Assembly: GCA_029004185.1 (NCBI GenBank) | Contig: JAQUPB010000003.1 | Span: 1-57,153, forward strand | Source of the DNA: Bacteroidales bacterium | GTDB taxonomy: Bacteria > Bacteroidota > Bacteroidia > Bacteroidales > JAHJDW01 | Direction of reading: 5' to 3' | DNA length: 57,153 nt | Shown here: positions 1 to 10,251 of the stretch, piece after piece | Layout of the letters: every line of letters starts with the position of its first letter | Position numbering within the stretch: position 1 is the first letter of the stretch | Notes under the pieces: model-generated | What the model saw: only the letters and a program-made list of their open reading frames with translations | Databases searched by the model: none | Told to the model about the DNA's origin: nothing | Translations under genes and position numbers: made by a program

Positions 1-2
1 TC

Positions 3-2780
3 AGATTTCAGATATTAAATTCAAAACTCGAAACCATTCAGCAAAAAGATTTCGAACTCGATGTAAAACTCACGGGCGATGAAATTCCGGAAAATATTTT
101 CATCGAAACCGGCAAAACACAATTCAAGCTCGAAAAAGAAAATACCGTTCTTTTTCATTTCACTTTTAAAAGTCCGCTGAAAAACATAAAATTCAAATTC
201 ACTGCCGACGGCTACGAATCGAGGGAATATGAATTAAAAGTATTGCCAAATCCCATTGTCCTCAACTTTCAGATTTATCTCAATTATCCAAAATATCTGA
301 ACAAGAAAGCGGAAACCCTTAATAATACTGGCGATCTACTTATTCCGGAAGGAACAAAAGTTACATGGAAATTTCTGACCAAAGACACCAAAATCCTGAA
401 AATAGGATATAAAGACACTGTAATTTCAATAAAACCTTCGGACGAAAATCACTTTGATTATACACGTATTATAAGGGAAAACCTGAATTATAAGATTTCC
501 ACAACTAATGAATTTGTGAACAACAGCGATTCCATAACTTATCTCATAAATGTAATTCCCGATGCTTATCCTGTTATAAAAGCAGAAGAATTCAAGGATA
601 CATTGTCGGTAAAACGACTTTATTACAAGGGAACCATAAAAGACGATTATGGTTTCAGCAGACTTACTTTCAACTACAGGTATTTAAAACGCGAAGATTC
701 TCTGACAACAGATATTTCAAAAAAAATAATTTCAAAAAATATTATCATAAGCAATTCAGTTACACAGCAGGACTTTTATTATTACTGGGATTTGAATACA
801 ATTGATATTTTTCCCGGTGATGAAATAGAATATTATTTTGAAGTATGGGATAATGACGGTGTGAATGACAGCAAATCGGCCCGTTCCGAAAAACTCATGT
901 ACAAAGCTCCTTCGCTTAAAGAATTAAATGAAAGCACATCGAAAAATAATGAAAAGATAAAAGATGATTTGGAAAACTCAATCAAGGAAGCAAAGAAGTT
1001 GCAGAAAGACATTGAAAATTTACGATTGAGTTTACTGCAGAAAAAAAATCCCGACTGGAATGATAAGAAAAAGATGAAGGACATAATGAGCAGGCAAAGC
1101 GAACTTCAGAAAACCATTGACAATATTGAAAAGCAAAATAAAGAAAACAACATACGCCAATCTGAATTCAGCAAAACCGATGAAAGAATTCTTGAGAAAC
1201 AAAAGCAGCTTGAAGAGTTATTCAAGAATGTGATGACCGATGAAATGAAAAAAATGCTTGAAGAAATTCAGAAACTTCTTGACAAGGTTGACAAAAATGA
1301 AATGCAACAGATGCTTGAAAAGATGCAGCTTTCAACAAAAGATTTAGAAAAAGAAATTGACCGCAACCTCGAAATTTTCAAACAACTTGAGTTTGAAAAA
1401 AAGCTTCAGGAGAATATTGACAACCTGAAAGACATGGCAAAGAGGGAAGAAAATCTTTCGAAAGAAACCGATAAAAAAAATGCCGACAGCAAACAATTAG
1501 AAGAAAAGCAAAAAGACCTGAATAAAGATTTCGAAGAATTCAAAAAGGAAATGAAGGAGCTTGAAAAGAAAAATCAGGAACTTGAAAATCCCAACAATTT
1601 AAAAAATACCGATGCAAAACAGAATGAAATACAGCAGGAAATGAAGAACAGCGCCGAGCAGCTTGAAAACAAGAAGAACAGCAAGGCATCGGAGTCGCAG
1701 AAGAAAGCTTCGGACAAAATGGAGCAGCTTTCGCAGCAGCTTGAGCAGATGCAGATGGAAATGGAGCAGGAAAATGAAGCCGAAGATGCCGAAACGCTGA
1801 GGCAGGTCCTTGAAAACCTTCTCAAAGTGTCGTTTGCGCAGGAAGCCCTCATGAATAAATTGAATAAAACGAATATCAACGACCCCCAATATCCAAAAAT
1901 CATGCAGGAGCAGAAAAAGCTCAGGGATGACTCCCAGATGATAGAAGATTCGCTGTATGCGTTAAGCAAACGTCAGGTACAGTTACAATCCATAGTAAAT
2001 CGGGAGATTAGCTCCATAAACATGAATATTGACAAGGCGATTGGGTTTTTAGAATCGCGGAATTCTCAAATGGCAGGCAATCGCCAGCAGTACGTTATGA
2101 CTTCGCTTAATAACCTTGCATTAATATTGGATGAATCGCTAAAACAGGCGCAAATGAAGATGTCAGCAAAGAAGTGCAACAGTAAATGCAAGAAAGGTGG
2201 GACATGCAGCAAACCTGGTTCCGGAAAACCAAGCATAAGTTCGATGCGTCAAATGCAGGAGGCGCTTAACAAGCAGATTCAAAAACTTAAGGAAGAGCTT
2301 GAAAAACAAGGGAATTCAAAAGGTCCAAAACAAAACGGCCAAAAAAGTGGAATTAGCGAAAAAATTTCTAAATTAGCTGCGGAGCAGGAGGCATTGCGCA
2401 ACGAATTGCAAAAATTAAGTCAGGGTCTTAAAGACGACCCAAAAGGCAATTCGGGAGAGCTTGAAAGGATTGCCAAACAAATGGAAGAGACGGAAACGGA
2501 TTTGGTAAACAAGATTTTATCAAATGAGACTTTGAAGCGGCAGCAGGAAATTTTAACACGACTCTTGGATGCGGAAAAAGCAGAGAGGGAAAGGGGTGAA
2601 GAAGAAAAAAGGGAATCGAGGGAAGCAAAAGATGAGAATTACAGTAACTTTTTTGAAAAATTCAAGTATAATTATATAAAAACAAATGAAACGGAGTTGC
2701 TGAAAACAGTTCCGCCAACATTAAATATTTTTTATAAAAATAAAGTAAACGAATATTTTAATAATTTTGGGGTCAAGTAA
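3..2780 (+). CDS. large coiled-coil protein, 5'-truncated at the window edge (function unknown)
   Basis: Frame 3 is open from nt 3 with no stop before the TTG at 243 used by the ORF track, so the gene continues upstream of the window. A long K/E/Q-rich heptad-like central region predicts coiled coil. No catalytic motif recognised. Confidence 0.6.
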   Translation, partial: RFQILNSKLETIQQKDFELDVKLTGDEIPENIFIETGKTQFKLEKENTVLFHFTFKSPLKNIKFKFTADGYESREYELKVLPNPIVLNFQIYLNYPKYLNKKAETLNNTGDLLIPEGTKVTWKFLTKDTKILKIGYKDTVISIKPSDENHFDYTRIIRENLNYKISTTNEFVNNSDSITYLINVIPDAYPVIKAEEFKDTLSVKRLYYKGTIKDDYGFSRLTFNYRYLKREDSLTTDISKKIISKNIIISNSVTQQDFYYYWDLNTIDIFPGDEIEYYFEVWDNDGVNDSKSARSEKLMYKAPSLKELNESTSKNNEKIKDDLENSIKEAKKLQKDIENLRLSLLQKKNPDWNDKKKMKDIMSRQSELQKTIDNIEKQNKENNIRQSEFSKTDERILEKQKQLEELFKNVMTDEMKKMLEEIQKLLDKVDKNEMQQMLEKMQLSTKDLEKEIDRNLEIFKQLEFEKKLQENIDNLKDMAKREENLSKETDKKNADSKQLEEKQKDLNKDFEEFKKEMKELEKKNQELENPNNLKNTDAKQNEIQQEMKNSAEQLENKKNSKASESQKKASDKMEQLSQQLEQMQMEMEQENEAEDAETLRQVLENLLKVSFAQEALMNKLNKTNINDPQYPKIMQEQKKLRDDSQMIEDSLYALSKRQVQLQSIVNREISSINMNIDKAIGFLESRNSQMAGNRQQYVMTSLNNLALILDESLKQAQMKMSAKKCNSKCKKGGTCSKPGSGKPSISSMRQMQEALNKQIQKLKEELEKQGNSKGPKQNGQKSGISEKISKLAAEQEALRNELQKLSQGLKDDPKGNSGELERIAKQMEETETDLVNKILSNETLKRQQEILTRLLDAEKAERERGEEEKRESREAKDENYSNFFEKFKYNYIKTNETELLKTVPPTLNIFYKNKVNEYFNNFGVK

Positions 2781-2782
2781 AA

Positions 2783-3277
2783 ATGATAATCACCGATAAA
2801 CATAAAATAGAGTTCAGCGCTTCGTTAAACAGCGTTTCGATAGTTGAAAGGTTTGCAGAAGAAATCTGCGACTATTTTAATGTAAATAATGAATATTACG
2901 GAAACATTCTGGTCGCACTCACCGAAGCTGCAAGCAATGCAATAATTCACGGCAGCAAATCAGACACAAATAAAAAAATCCAGATATCGTTTCAGGCAAA
3001 AAACGGCTGTTTGTCATTTACAGTAAAAGACCAGGGCAACGGTTTTGATTTCAATAATATCCCCGACCCCACTGATCCGAATAATGAAAATGAAAATGCC
3101 GGCAGAGGCATTTACCTCATAAAATCACTTTCCGACGAAGTTAACTTTCTTGAAAACGGCAGGGTTGTTGAAATAAATTTTAAGATTTCAAACATCAACA
3201 GCAGTCTCGCCACAAAACGCATCCAGCAGTATCATCAGCATTTGCAGGAAAAGAAGGTTGGAGCGAAAAAGAAATAA
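2783..3277 (+). CDS. anti-sigma regulatory factor-type serine kinase (HATPase_c_2, SpoIIAB/RsbW-like)
   Basis: N-box-like EAASNAIIHG and G-box-like DQGNGFD and GRGIYLIKSL. Size of 164 aa. Starts 2 nt after the preceding stop. Confidence 0.75.
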   Translation: MIITDKHKIEFSASLNSVSIVERFAEEICDYFNVNNEYYGNILVALTEAASNAIIHGSKSDTNKKIQISFQAKNGCLSFTVKDQGNGFDFNNIPDPTDPNNENENAGRGIYLIKSLSDEVNFLENGRVVEINFKISNINSSLATKRIQQYHQHLQEKKVGAKKK

Positions 3278-3343
3278 ATAAAATTACATCCTGGTGTTTC
3301 TATGTTCCGGTAAATATTGGGACTGTGTCTTTATAGCGTTTTA

Positions 3344-3436
3344 TTCTTTGCGAAAACCTTTGCGCTCTTTGTGAGAAAAAAATTAAAAAATTTCACGCAA
3401 AGACCGCTAAGACCAAGCGCAAAGTTCGCAAAGAAA
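3344..3436. repeat. imperfect inverted-repeat element (3x CTTTGCG-type units, then 3x CGCAAAG) between convergent genes
   Basis: The left arm TTCTTTGCGAA..CCTTTGCGCT..CTTTGTGAGAAA pairs with the right arm TTTCACGCAAAG..AGCGCAAAG..TTCGCAAAGAAA. It is flanked by the direct repeat CCTGGTG at 3289-3295 and 3450-3456. Confidence 0.6.
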
Positions 3437-3507
3437 ATTTAATTTAATACCTGGTGCTTTTTTGGATTTACATTTTTTTGGCGAATCACCCTGAAAAAAC
3501 TTCTGAA

Positions 3508-4995
3508 TTAATAATGAATAATTTTGGTTATGTTTTCATTATTTTCTGTTCGTATTTTTAAAATATAAATTCCTTTTGCCAGTCCCATTGCTTCTGCATC
3601 TATTAATATACTGTGTCTTCCGGCAATCTGATTTATTTTGTTTTCAATAATAATTTCTTTTCCCAACACATCTGCCAGTTTTATTTCCACTTCCTGATTT
3701 TTATTTAATTCATATTTTATCGTTATATTTTTACTGAATGGATTTGGAAATACGGACAGATTAAAAATATCAGTCAGTTCATTTATTGCAGTAGGATTCT
3801 GAACCATTTGCCCGTCGGATATTACGGAATCTGATAGTAATCCCGCGCCGTTTTCTGCTTTCACCATCACATAATACATCTGCCCGATTGTTAAACTCAG
3901 TCCTGTTTTTGTTAGAGTTTTGTCTGTGTCGTTATCCGTCCAGTTTACCACATCTTTTGCTCCTGCTGTTGTTCCTATTGCATACCAGTATTTCACAACT
4001 CCCGAATTTACATCTGTTGAATTATCCCAATTCGCTGAAAGTTGTGTAGTGCTTGTTGTAACATTTATATCATTTCCGGTTCCGTCTCTTACCTCTGCAA
4101 CATTTGCCGGTGCTGTCCAATCTATATTCACGCTCTTCGATGCTACCGATGATAAATTTCCTGCGCTATCCATCACTATTGATTTTATCATGCAAGCCGG
4201 ACTTCCGGGAGATGCGTTCTGATATCTTGCCGCGTTTGTTGATGCCGCTCCTACTGTTACCGTTGCCGTAATGCTTCTCGAACGGTATACATTTAAATTA
4301 TCTATGGTATATTTACAATTTCCTGTTCTGAAAGATATATAACTTCCGTTTGTCAGCGGCGAACTGTCAGTCCAGCTGCTTACAAGATTATTATCAACAT
4401 AAACTTTAAGTTCTCCGGTACTTCTGTCAAATACAATTCTGTATTCATTCCATGAGCCAGGAGTTAACGATACGGCGGCACTTTTCACAGGTGAGCCCAA
4501 TACATTATTCACCGATTTATAGATATCAACCTGATCCAGGTCAACACGGAACCATATCATATATGCATTTCCCCTGTCGGTTGCCGTTGCATCATCGCAC
4601 ATGATATAAATTCCTGCTCTGCGGCTTGTTCCCGAGCCTTCCATCTTTGCCGACCAGCTGTACAAATAACGGCTGGATAAATTCTGTGTCAGCGGTGCCG
4701 ATATGTTTGTGTTTGCCAATGCTTCGTCTGTTTGTTCAAGTGTTCCTGCATTTATTCCCCATGTGCCTGTTGATGTTATCCAGTCGGAATGAATTGAAGT
4801 TGTGAAATTATCCCTGTAAAATCCTCTTGCCGGATTTGCCCTCCATTCGGTTCCGTTGTTATCAACTACATGATACATGCTTTTTGCAAGTCCGCTTCCT
4901 CCCGTGTTATCAGCATCGGTGAATGTTGCAGTAAAATTTTTTGTCTGCCATGTTGACGGTACGCTGATTGATGTTGTAGGTTCTGTATTGTCTAT
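3508..4995 (-). repeat. copy 1 of a ~1.49-kb direct repeat (3' module of the three paralogous cargo genes)
   Basis: From DNTEPTTSISVPSTW to the stop codon, long runs of nucleotides are identical to 7164-8652 and 10252-11745. Confidence 0.85.
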
Positions 4996-7152
4996 GCCCA
5001 CAGCAATCCATTTAACTGCATCAAAAGCAATATTCTGTCCTGCTGTTCCTGAAACATCACCAAGATAAACATATCCTGTTTTTCCTTTTGCAAACTGATA
5101 AGTACCAAGTGAAACCCAGTTGCCGTGATTATTATTCTGATTAACAATTACAGACGTACTTCCGCCTTCATAATATATTTTATAAACGGCGTGGTTGGTG
5201 TTTGCATTAACCGTAGGTATGTATGCCTGCACTTCGTAGCTTCCTGCTTCGGGTATGTTTGGTGTCCACGTAACATAACAAATGTCGCTGCCCGTGCTTT
5301 CGGTGAGTGTGTACCACATATGTCCGTTGTATCCTCCGCTGTTGGCATCGAGGAAATAACTCATATGAGAAGGTAATTTGTTGTTCATGTAAAATCCATG
5401 ATTATAAAATATGTCATCGATTATTGTATCATTATAAGTTGCTTCGGTAGTTCTTGCTCTTACTGTCCATGCAACACCGTTAAGATTTGAATAACCGTTA
5501 TTATATCCGGGCCAGTCGTAATATGAATCGGAACCGTCGTAATTCGGATAACCGTTGTTCTTATTGCCGTATGGGTCGTGGAATATTATTGTATGCTGTC
5601 CTCCCGCAACGTATCCAATAGCTAATGTAAGATGACCTGCCGAACCAAGAAAATTACATACCGAATGAGGATAACCTGCATCAATTTCTGCGGTGGTATT
5701 ACTGAATGTGCATGAAGGATCCCAGAGCTGCTGAGTTGTAAATCCGTGCAACTGAAAATAATTTGCCATTCTGTTGTTCGGACTATTGCCTCCGTTCCAC
5801 ATATATCCATGGGCGCCATATACTGTGTTTTGCCCTGAAGAAGGAATATTATCAAGGTCAAAATAAAATCCTCCGTAATGATATTTATCGGAAATATACG
5901 AACCGTAATTTGTGGTGTGTGTATAAAGATGGTCTGTTTCCACTTCCCATTTCGGCAATTTGTTAAAATAAGCTATCGACATAACTGCAGTTGTGGGCGC
6001 ACATGAAGAATATCCCCATGCCCATGAAGGCACATCATATATCTGATTAAGGTAAGGAACATTACTGATGTAAACAATTGCCCTGTCTGATTTTATTGTA
6101 TTTGCTGAAAAGCTATAATATTTTATCTGAAGTGCATTTCCTCTTTCTGCAACTTTATTTATATTTTTAAGTTCTGATGTTTGCAAATTTATTGACGCAG
6201 AACATATATAGTTTTTGTTATATGTATGAAATAAAATATTATTATCATCAGTAAATACAGGTTCCATTTCATGAACAACAGGAGTGTTAGTAAGTTGAAT
6301 AATTTTGCTTCCTGTGTAATCCGAAATAAAAATATCAGAACCAATAAACATAAGATTTTCCGAAGTCACCATGTTAAACAAAATAAATTCTGAATTCGGC
6401 GACCACGATGGATTACGCCCTTCACCTATAAGGTATGTATTACCATTAACAATATCGCTCACAAGTATTTTTCCCGATAAAGTTGAGTACGCAAGCTTTC
6501 TGCTGTCGGGCGCCCACAAAGGAAAAGCGTAAGCACCTTTATTATCTGTAACCTGTGAAATTTTTCCTGTTTTCAAATCAATAATATGCAACTGGTCATT
6601 ATCATCATTAAATACTGCATAAGCACCATCAGGAGATATTGGTGTTAAATTTGAATACATTCCAAGGTCGAAAGTACGTTTTCCCTTTTCATTAATAACG
6701 TTCAGAATATTACCGGTAGTATATCCAACACTGCCGTTATCGCTGAAACTCACCTGTCCGCACAAATCAACAGTTTCGTTTAATTTTTTAATGCTTCCTG
6801 AACGAATATCGAAAACAACAGGTGTTTGTTTTCCTTCGGAGTTGATAAGTTTAAATCCCAGTTTTGTTTTATCGGGCGAAAGGGTGTAATACCTTCCGCA
6901 TCCTGCCGATGAATGCAATGTTTTAATCTGACCGTCTTTTATAAGATACAATCCCGATGCATAATTGTCGGTGCAGACAATTCCTTCTGCAGTTTGCACA
7001 ATTCTTGAAAAATATCCTTCTTCTTCCGCTTTGTAATGGTTTGTATTATTTAAATCCTGGGAAAAAGATAATTTATTTACCGAAATAAAAATCAGAATAA
7101 ATAAACATTTTGCTATTTTTTTTGTTGAAGAAAAAATTATTTCTTTTGTCAT
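3508..7152 (-). CDS. T9SS-secreted multidomain protein: TolB-like beta-propeller + papain/C39-like cysteine peptidase head + shared LamG-like/FN3-like/CTD module
   Basis: Signal-like N-terminus. PD40-like strings (SPDKTKLGF, SPDGAYAVF, APDSRKLAY, SPNSEFILF). Candidate Cys in GYSSCAPTTAVMS and candidate His in GHLTLAIGY. C-terminus FPNPFSKNITIKYEL...ILKIRTENNE is a T9SS sorting domain. Confidence 0.85.
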   Translation of the reverse strand: MTKEIIFSSTKKIAKCLFILIFISVNKLSFSQDLNNTNHYKAEEEGYFSRIVQTAEGIVCTDNYASGLYLIKDGQIKTLHSSAGCGRYYTLSPDKTKLGFKLINSEGKQTPVVFDIRSGSIKKLNETVDLCGQVSFSDNGSVGYTTGNILNVINEKGKRTFDLGMYSNLTPISPDGAYAVFNDDNDQLHIIDLKTGKISQVTDNKGAYAFPLWAPDSRKLAYSTLSGKILVSDIVNGNTYLIGEGRNPSWSPNSEFILFNMVTSENLMFIGSDIFISDYTGSKIIQLTNTPVVHEMEPVFTDDNNILFHTYNKNYICSASINLQTSELKNINKVAERGNALQIKYYSFSANTIKSDRAIVYISNVPYLNQIYDVPSWAWGYSSCAPTTAVMSIAYFNKLPKWEVETDHLYTHTTNYGSYISDKYHYGGFYFDLDNIPSSGQNTVYGAHGYMWNGGNSPNNRMANYFQLHGFTTQQLWDPSCTFSNTTAEIDAGYPHSVCNFLGSAGHLTLAIGYVAGGQHTIIFHDPYGNKNNGYPNYDGSDSYYDWPGYNNGYSNLNGVAWTVRARTTEATYNDTIIDDIFYNHGFYMNNKLPSHMSYFLDANSGGYNGHMWYTLTESTGSDICYVTWTPNIPEAGSYEVQAYIPTVNANTNHAVYKIYYEGGSTSVIVNQNNNHGNWVSLGTYQFAKGKTGYVYLGDVSGTAGQNIAFDAVKWIAVGIDNTEPTTSISVPSTWQTKNFTATFTDADNTGGSGLAKSMYHVVDNNGTEWRANPARGFYRDNFTTSIHSDWITSTGTWGINAGTLEQTDEALANTNISAPLTQNLSSRYLYSWSAKMEGSGTSRRAGIYIMCDDATATDRGNAYMIWFRVDLDQVDIYKSVNNVLGSPVKSAAVSLTPGSWNEYRIVFDRSTGELKVYVDNNLVSSWTDSSPLTNGSYISFRTGNCKYTIDNLNVYRSRSITATVTVGAASTNAARYQNASPGSPACMIKSIVMDSAGNLSSVASKSVNIDWTAPANVAEVRDGTGNDINVTTSTTQLSANWDNSTDVNSGVVKYWYAIGTTAGAKDVVNWTDNDTDKTLTKTGLSLTIGQMYYVMVKAENGAGLLSDSVISDGQMVQNPTAINELTDIFNLSVFPNPFSKNITIKYELNKNQEVEIKLADVLGKEIIIENKINQIAGRHSILIDAEAMGLAKGIYILKIRTENNENITKIIHY

Positions 7153-7163
7153 CTTTATAAAAT

Positions 7164-8652
7164 TTAATAGTGAATTATTTTAATTATATTTTCATTATTT
7201 TCTGTTCGTATTTTTAAAACATAGATTCCTTTTGCCAATCCAAGTGCTTCTGCATCTATTGTTATGCTGTATTTTCCGGCAACCTGATTTATTTTGTTTT
7301 CAATAATAATTTCTTTTCCCAACACATCTGCCAGTTTTATTTCCACTTCCTGAGTTTTATTTAATTCATATTTTATCGTTATATTTTTACTGAATGGATT
7401 TGGAAACACAGAAAGATTAAAAACATCAGTCAGTTCATTTATGGCAGTAGGATTCTGAACCATTTGCCCGTCTGATATTACGGAATCTGATAGTAATCCC
7501 GCGCCGTTTTCTGCTTTCACCATCACATAATACATCTGCCCGATTGTTAAACTCAGTCCTGTTTTTGTTAGAGTTTTGTCTGTGTCGTTATCCGTCCAGT
7601 TTACCACATCTTTTGCTCCTGCTGTTGTTCCTATTGCATACCAGTATTTCACAACTCCTGAATTTACATCAGCAGATTCATCCCAGTTTGCTGAAAGTTG
7701 TGTAGTGCTTGTTGTAAAATTTATATCATTTCCGGTTCCGTCTCTTACCTCTGCAACATTTGCCGGAGGCGTCCAGTCTATGTTTACGCTCTTAGATGCT
7801 ACCGATGATAAATTTCCTGCGCTATCCATCACTATTGATTTTATCATGCAAGCCGGACTTCCGGGAGATGCGTTCTGATATCTTGCCGCGTTTGTTGATG
7901 CCGCTCCTACTGTTATTGTTGCAGTACTGTTTCTTGAACGATATACATATAAATTATCCACAGTATATTTACAATTTCCGGTTCTGAACGATATGTAACT
8001 TCCGTCTGTATATGGCGAACTATCTTTCCAGCTGCTCACCAAAACATTATTTACATATACTTTCATGTCTCCGGTACTTCGGTCGAATATTATTTTGTAA
8101 TCATACGCTGTGCCGGGAGTAATTGTCACTGCTGCACTTTTCAGAGGTGAGCCCAAAACACTATTCACCGACTTATAAATATCAACCTGACTCAAATCTG
8201 CTCTAAACCATATCATATATGCATTTCCCCTGTCGGTTGCTGTTGCATCATCGCACATAATATATATCCCTGCCCTGCGGTTTGTTCCCGTTCCTTCTAT
8301 CTTCCCCGACCAGTTATATACATAACGGCTTGATAAATTTTGTGTCAGAGGTGCCGATATATTTGTATTTGCCAATGTTTCGTCTGTTTGCACAAGTGCT
8401 CCTGAACTTATTCCCCATGTACCTGTAGTTTCTGTCCAGTCGGAATGAATTGAAGTTGTGAAATTATCCCTGTAAAATCCTCTTGTTGGATTTGCTCTCC
8501 ATTCGGTTCCGTTATTATCAACTACATGATACATGCTTTTTGCAAGTCCGCTTCCTCCCGTGTTATCGGCATCGGTAAATGTTGCAGTGAAGTTTTTTGT
8601 TTCCCATGTTGATGGTACGCTGATTGATGTTGTGGGTGCGGTGTTATCCACA
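7164..8652 (-). repeat. copy 2 of the ~1.49-kb direct repeat
   Basis: Same module (DNTAPTTSISVPSTW ... IKIIHY). The antisense ORFs at 7576-7878 and 8533-8808 mirror those at 3920-4222 and 4877-5068. Confidence 0.85.
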
Positions 8653-10160
8653 CTGCATGCCCAGTTGGCAACCCATCCGCCGGAAGTTGTTGCATTATCT
8701 GAAGTAAATTTCAATGTTATTTTTCCGCTGTTGGCAACAACAGTTCCCGGAGATGTAGTTCCGGAATATTTACCTATAAGCGGAGAAGAAGTATTATCGC
8801 CATTGTAAATATATAAAAAATCATAATTAGATTCGGTGCTGAAACTCGTGAATGTAAGAGTTATGCTGCCTGCAGAAGGTGGTGCGATAGTATATGTCCA
8901 GTTTTCGTAATTATAATAATTTCCCGGTCCGCCCATGTCAGTTATTGTTCCCGTGCAGGAAACAGGAGTGGCACAGCTTGTAAATTTATCTTTCAGCAAA
9001 TCCCAGAGTGCAGTGGAACCATCGTCGTAACCAAGCGCCCAGATGCCAATGCCGGCAATATCAAACATATTAACCATATCGTATTTCAGTCCCAGACTAA
9101 TTTCATCATCATACCAGCATTGTCTTGAACCGCCGCTGTTATATGTAAAATAAGGAGTAGCGGAATTATTATCCCATTTTCTGGTATAAGTTTGTGCAGC
9201 TGCCGCAGCATTAGGATATTTTCTCGAGAATGCTCCTCCTGTTGTTGCTGCTTTCAAAGCAGTGGAAGTTGTAGGCCAGTCATATCCATAGTAAGGAATT
9301 CCGAGCGCGAGTTTATTTTTTGGAATTCCTGCATTCAGATAATATACAATTGAACCTGTTTCATCTCCCATGTCCCAGAATCCGTTGCTGTATTTTGGAG
9401 CAACCGGTCCCGCATTAGGAGCCGAACTCCAGTAATAATCATATCCCATAATAAGATATAAATCAATATAAGGTACGGTGGAAGAACTGTATGTGCCGCT
9501 CCAGTTACCGGCAGGCATGGCAATTGAAACTTCCGAACCGGGAATAGCTGAATGCATTTGCTGGCAGAGGTCTATCATAAAATTCGCAAAACTTGTACTC
9601 GTGGATGGGTCCATTCCTTCGAAATCAATATTTACTCCATTTGCTCCTCTTTGCTGAACAAGAGATATCACATTGCTGATAAGATTTTGTTTTGCCGTTG
9701 AACTATTTAGAAATGTGGCATGACTTGCAAAAAGTATTACACACAAACTCACATTCACTCCTGCGTTAAGTGCATCGGTCACTACCGGAGCGGTAAGCCA
9801 GTTATATGTTGTAGTAGCGTATCCGGTACTTGGGTTCACTTCATAACCGAAATAACAAAGATCTGAAATAAGAGAATAATCATAATTAAGATATTCATTA
9901 GCACTTAACCAGCCGGGATGCCAGCCAAAAACTCTTTTGTTGAGATTGCATGCACGCGATTTTTTTGAAGGGATAACCTTAGGTAATACTGCATCAGGAT
10001 GTTCAACTCTATAAAGACTGTCCCACTGTTCCTGCCGTGTAAAATTATATTTTGAATATTTTTCATGTTCAATTTGTCTTATTGATTTATATCCATTTTC
10101 CTGCGCAAGACAAATTTGTGATAAAAAAACCACTGATAATAATATGATTGTTTTTCTCAT
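7164..10160 (-). CDS. T9SS-secreted glycoside hydrolase family 18 + CUB-like domain + shared LamG-like/FN3-like/CTD module
   Basis: Signal peptide MRKTIILLSVVFLSQICLAQ. GH18 catalytic strand GANGVNIDFEG with D-x-E retained. CUB-like string NYDFLYIYNGDNTSSPLIGKYSG. T9SS CTD at the C-terminus. Lies only 11 nt upstream of the next gene. Confidence 0.9.
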   Translation of the reverse strand: MRKTIILLSVVFLSQICLAQENGYKSIRQIEHEKYSKYNFTRQEQWDSLYRVEHPDAVLPKVIPSKKSRACNLNKRVFGWHPGWLSANEYLNYDYSLISDLCYFGYEVNPSTGYATTTYNWLTAPVVTDALNAGVNVSLCVILFASHATFLNSSTAKQNLISNVISLVQQRGANGVNIDFEGMDPSTSTSFANFMIDLCQQMHSAIPGSEVSIAMPAGNWSGTYSSSTVPYIDLYLIMGYDYYWSSAPNAGPVAPKYSNGFWDMGDETGSIVYYLNAGIPKNKLALGIPYYGYDWPTTSTALKAATTGGAFSRKYPNAAAAAQTYTRKWDNNSATPYFTYNSGGSRQCWYDDEISLGLKYDMVNMFDIAGIGIWALGYDDGSTALWDLLKDKFTSCATPVSCTGTITDMGGPGNYYNYENWTYTIAPPSAGSITLTFTSFSTESNYDFLYIYNGDNTSSPLIGKYSGTTSPGTVVANSGKITLKFTSDNATTSGGWVANWACSVDNTAPTTSISVPSTWETKNFTATFTDADNTGGSGLAKSMYHVVDNNGTEWRANPTRGFYRDNFTTSIHSDWTETTGTWGISSGALVQTDETLANTNISAPLTQNLSSRYVYNWSGKIEGTGTNRRAGIYIMCDDATATDRGNAYMIWFRADLSQVDIYKSVNSVLGSPLKSAAVTITPGTAYDYKIIFDRSTGDMKVYVNNVLVSSWKDSSPYTDGSYISFRTGNCKYTVDNLYVYRSRNSTATITVGAASTNAARYQNASPGSPACMIKSIVMDSAGNLSSVASKSVNIDWTPPANVAEVRDGTGNDINFTTSTTQLSANWDESADVNSGVVKYWYAIGTTAGAKDVVNWTDNDTDKTLTKTGLSLTIGQMYYVMVKAENGAGLLSDSVISDGQMVQNPTAINELTDVFNLSVFPNPFSKNITIKYELNKTQEVEIKLADVLGKEIIIENKINQVAGKYSITIDAEALGLAKGIYVLKIRTENNENIIKIIHY

Positions 10161-10207
10161 GGTAAAATTTTATTTTGAATTAATAATTATAATAAAATAT
10201 ATAAAAC

Positions 10208-10241
10208 AAACAGAGCGAAAAATAAGAATTCCGCTCTGTTT
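10208..10241 (-). terminator. intrinsic terminator-like hairpin downstream of the amidase gene
   Basis: Perfect 10-bp stem AAACAGAGCG / CGCTCTGTTT with a 14-nt loop. On the minus strand it is followed by GTTTTATATATTTT and sits 11 nt after the stop at 10252. Confidence 0.6.
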
Positions 10242-10251
10242 AATATTTCAG

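Noticed and set aside
833-1969. Minus-strand ORFs (833-1084, 1574-1969, 1599-1889) inside the coiled-coil gene.
   Set aside because: They are antisense to a long GAA/AAG-rich coding region, which automatically yields open TTC/CTT-rich antisense frames. The peptides are Phe/Ser/Leu/Cys low-complexity.
3920-4222. Plus-strand ORFs of 96-100 aa that recur three times with near-identical sequence (3920-4222, 7576-7878, 10676-10966), and a second set (4877-5068, 8533-8808, 11621-12001).
   Set aside because: They lie antisense inside the triplicated 1.5-kb module of the three cargo genes. Their conservation is explained by the repeat itself. The sense frames have clear domain content and the antisense peptides are low-complexity.
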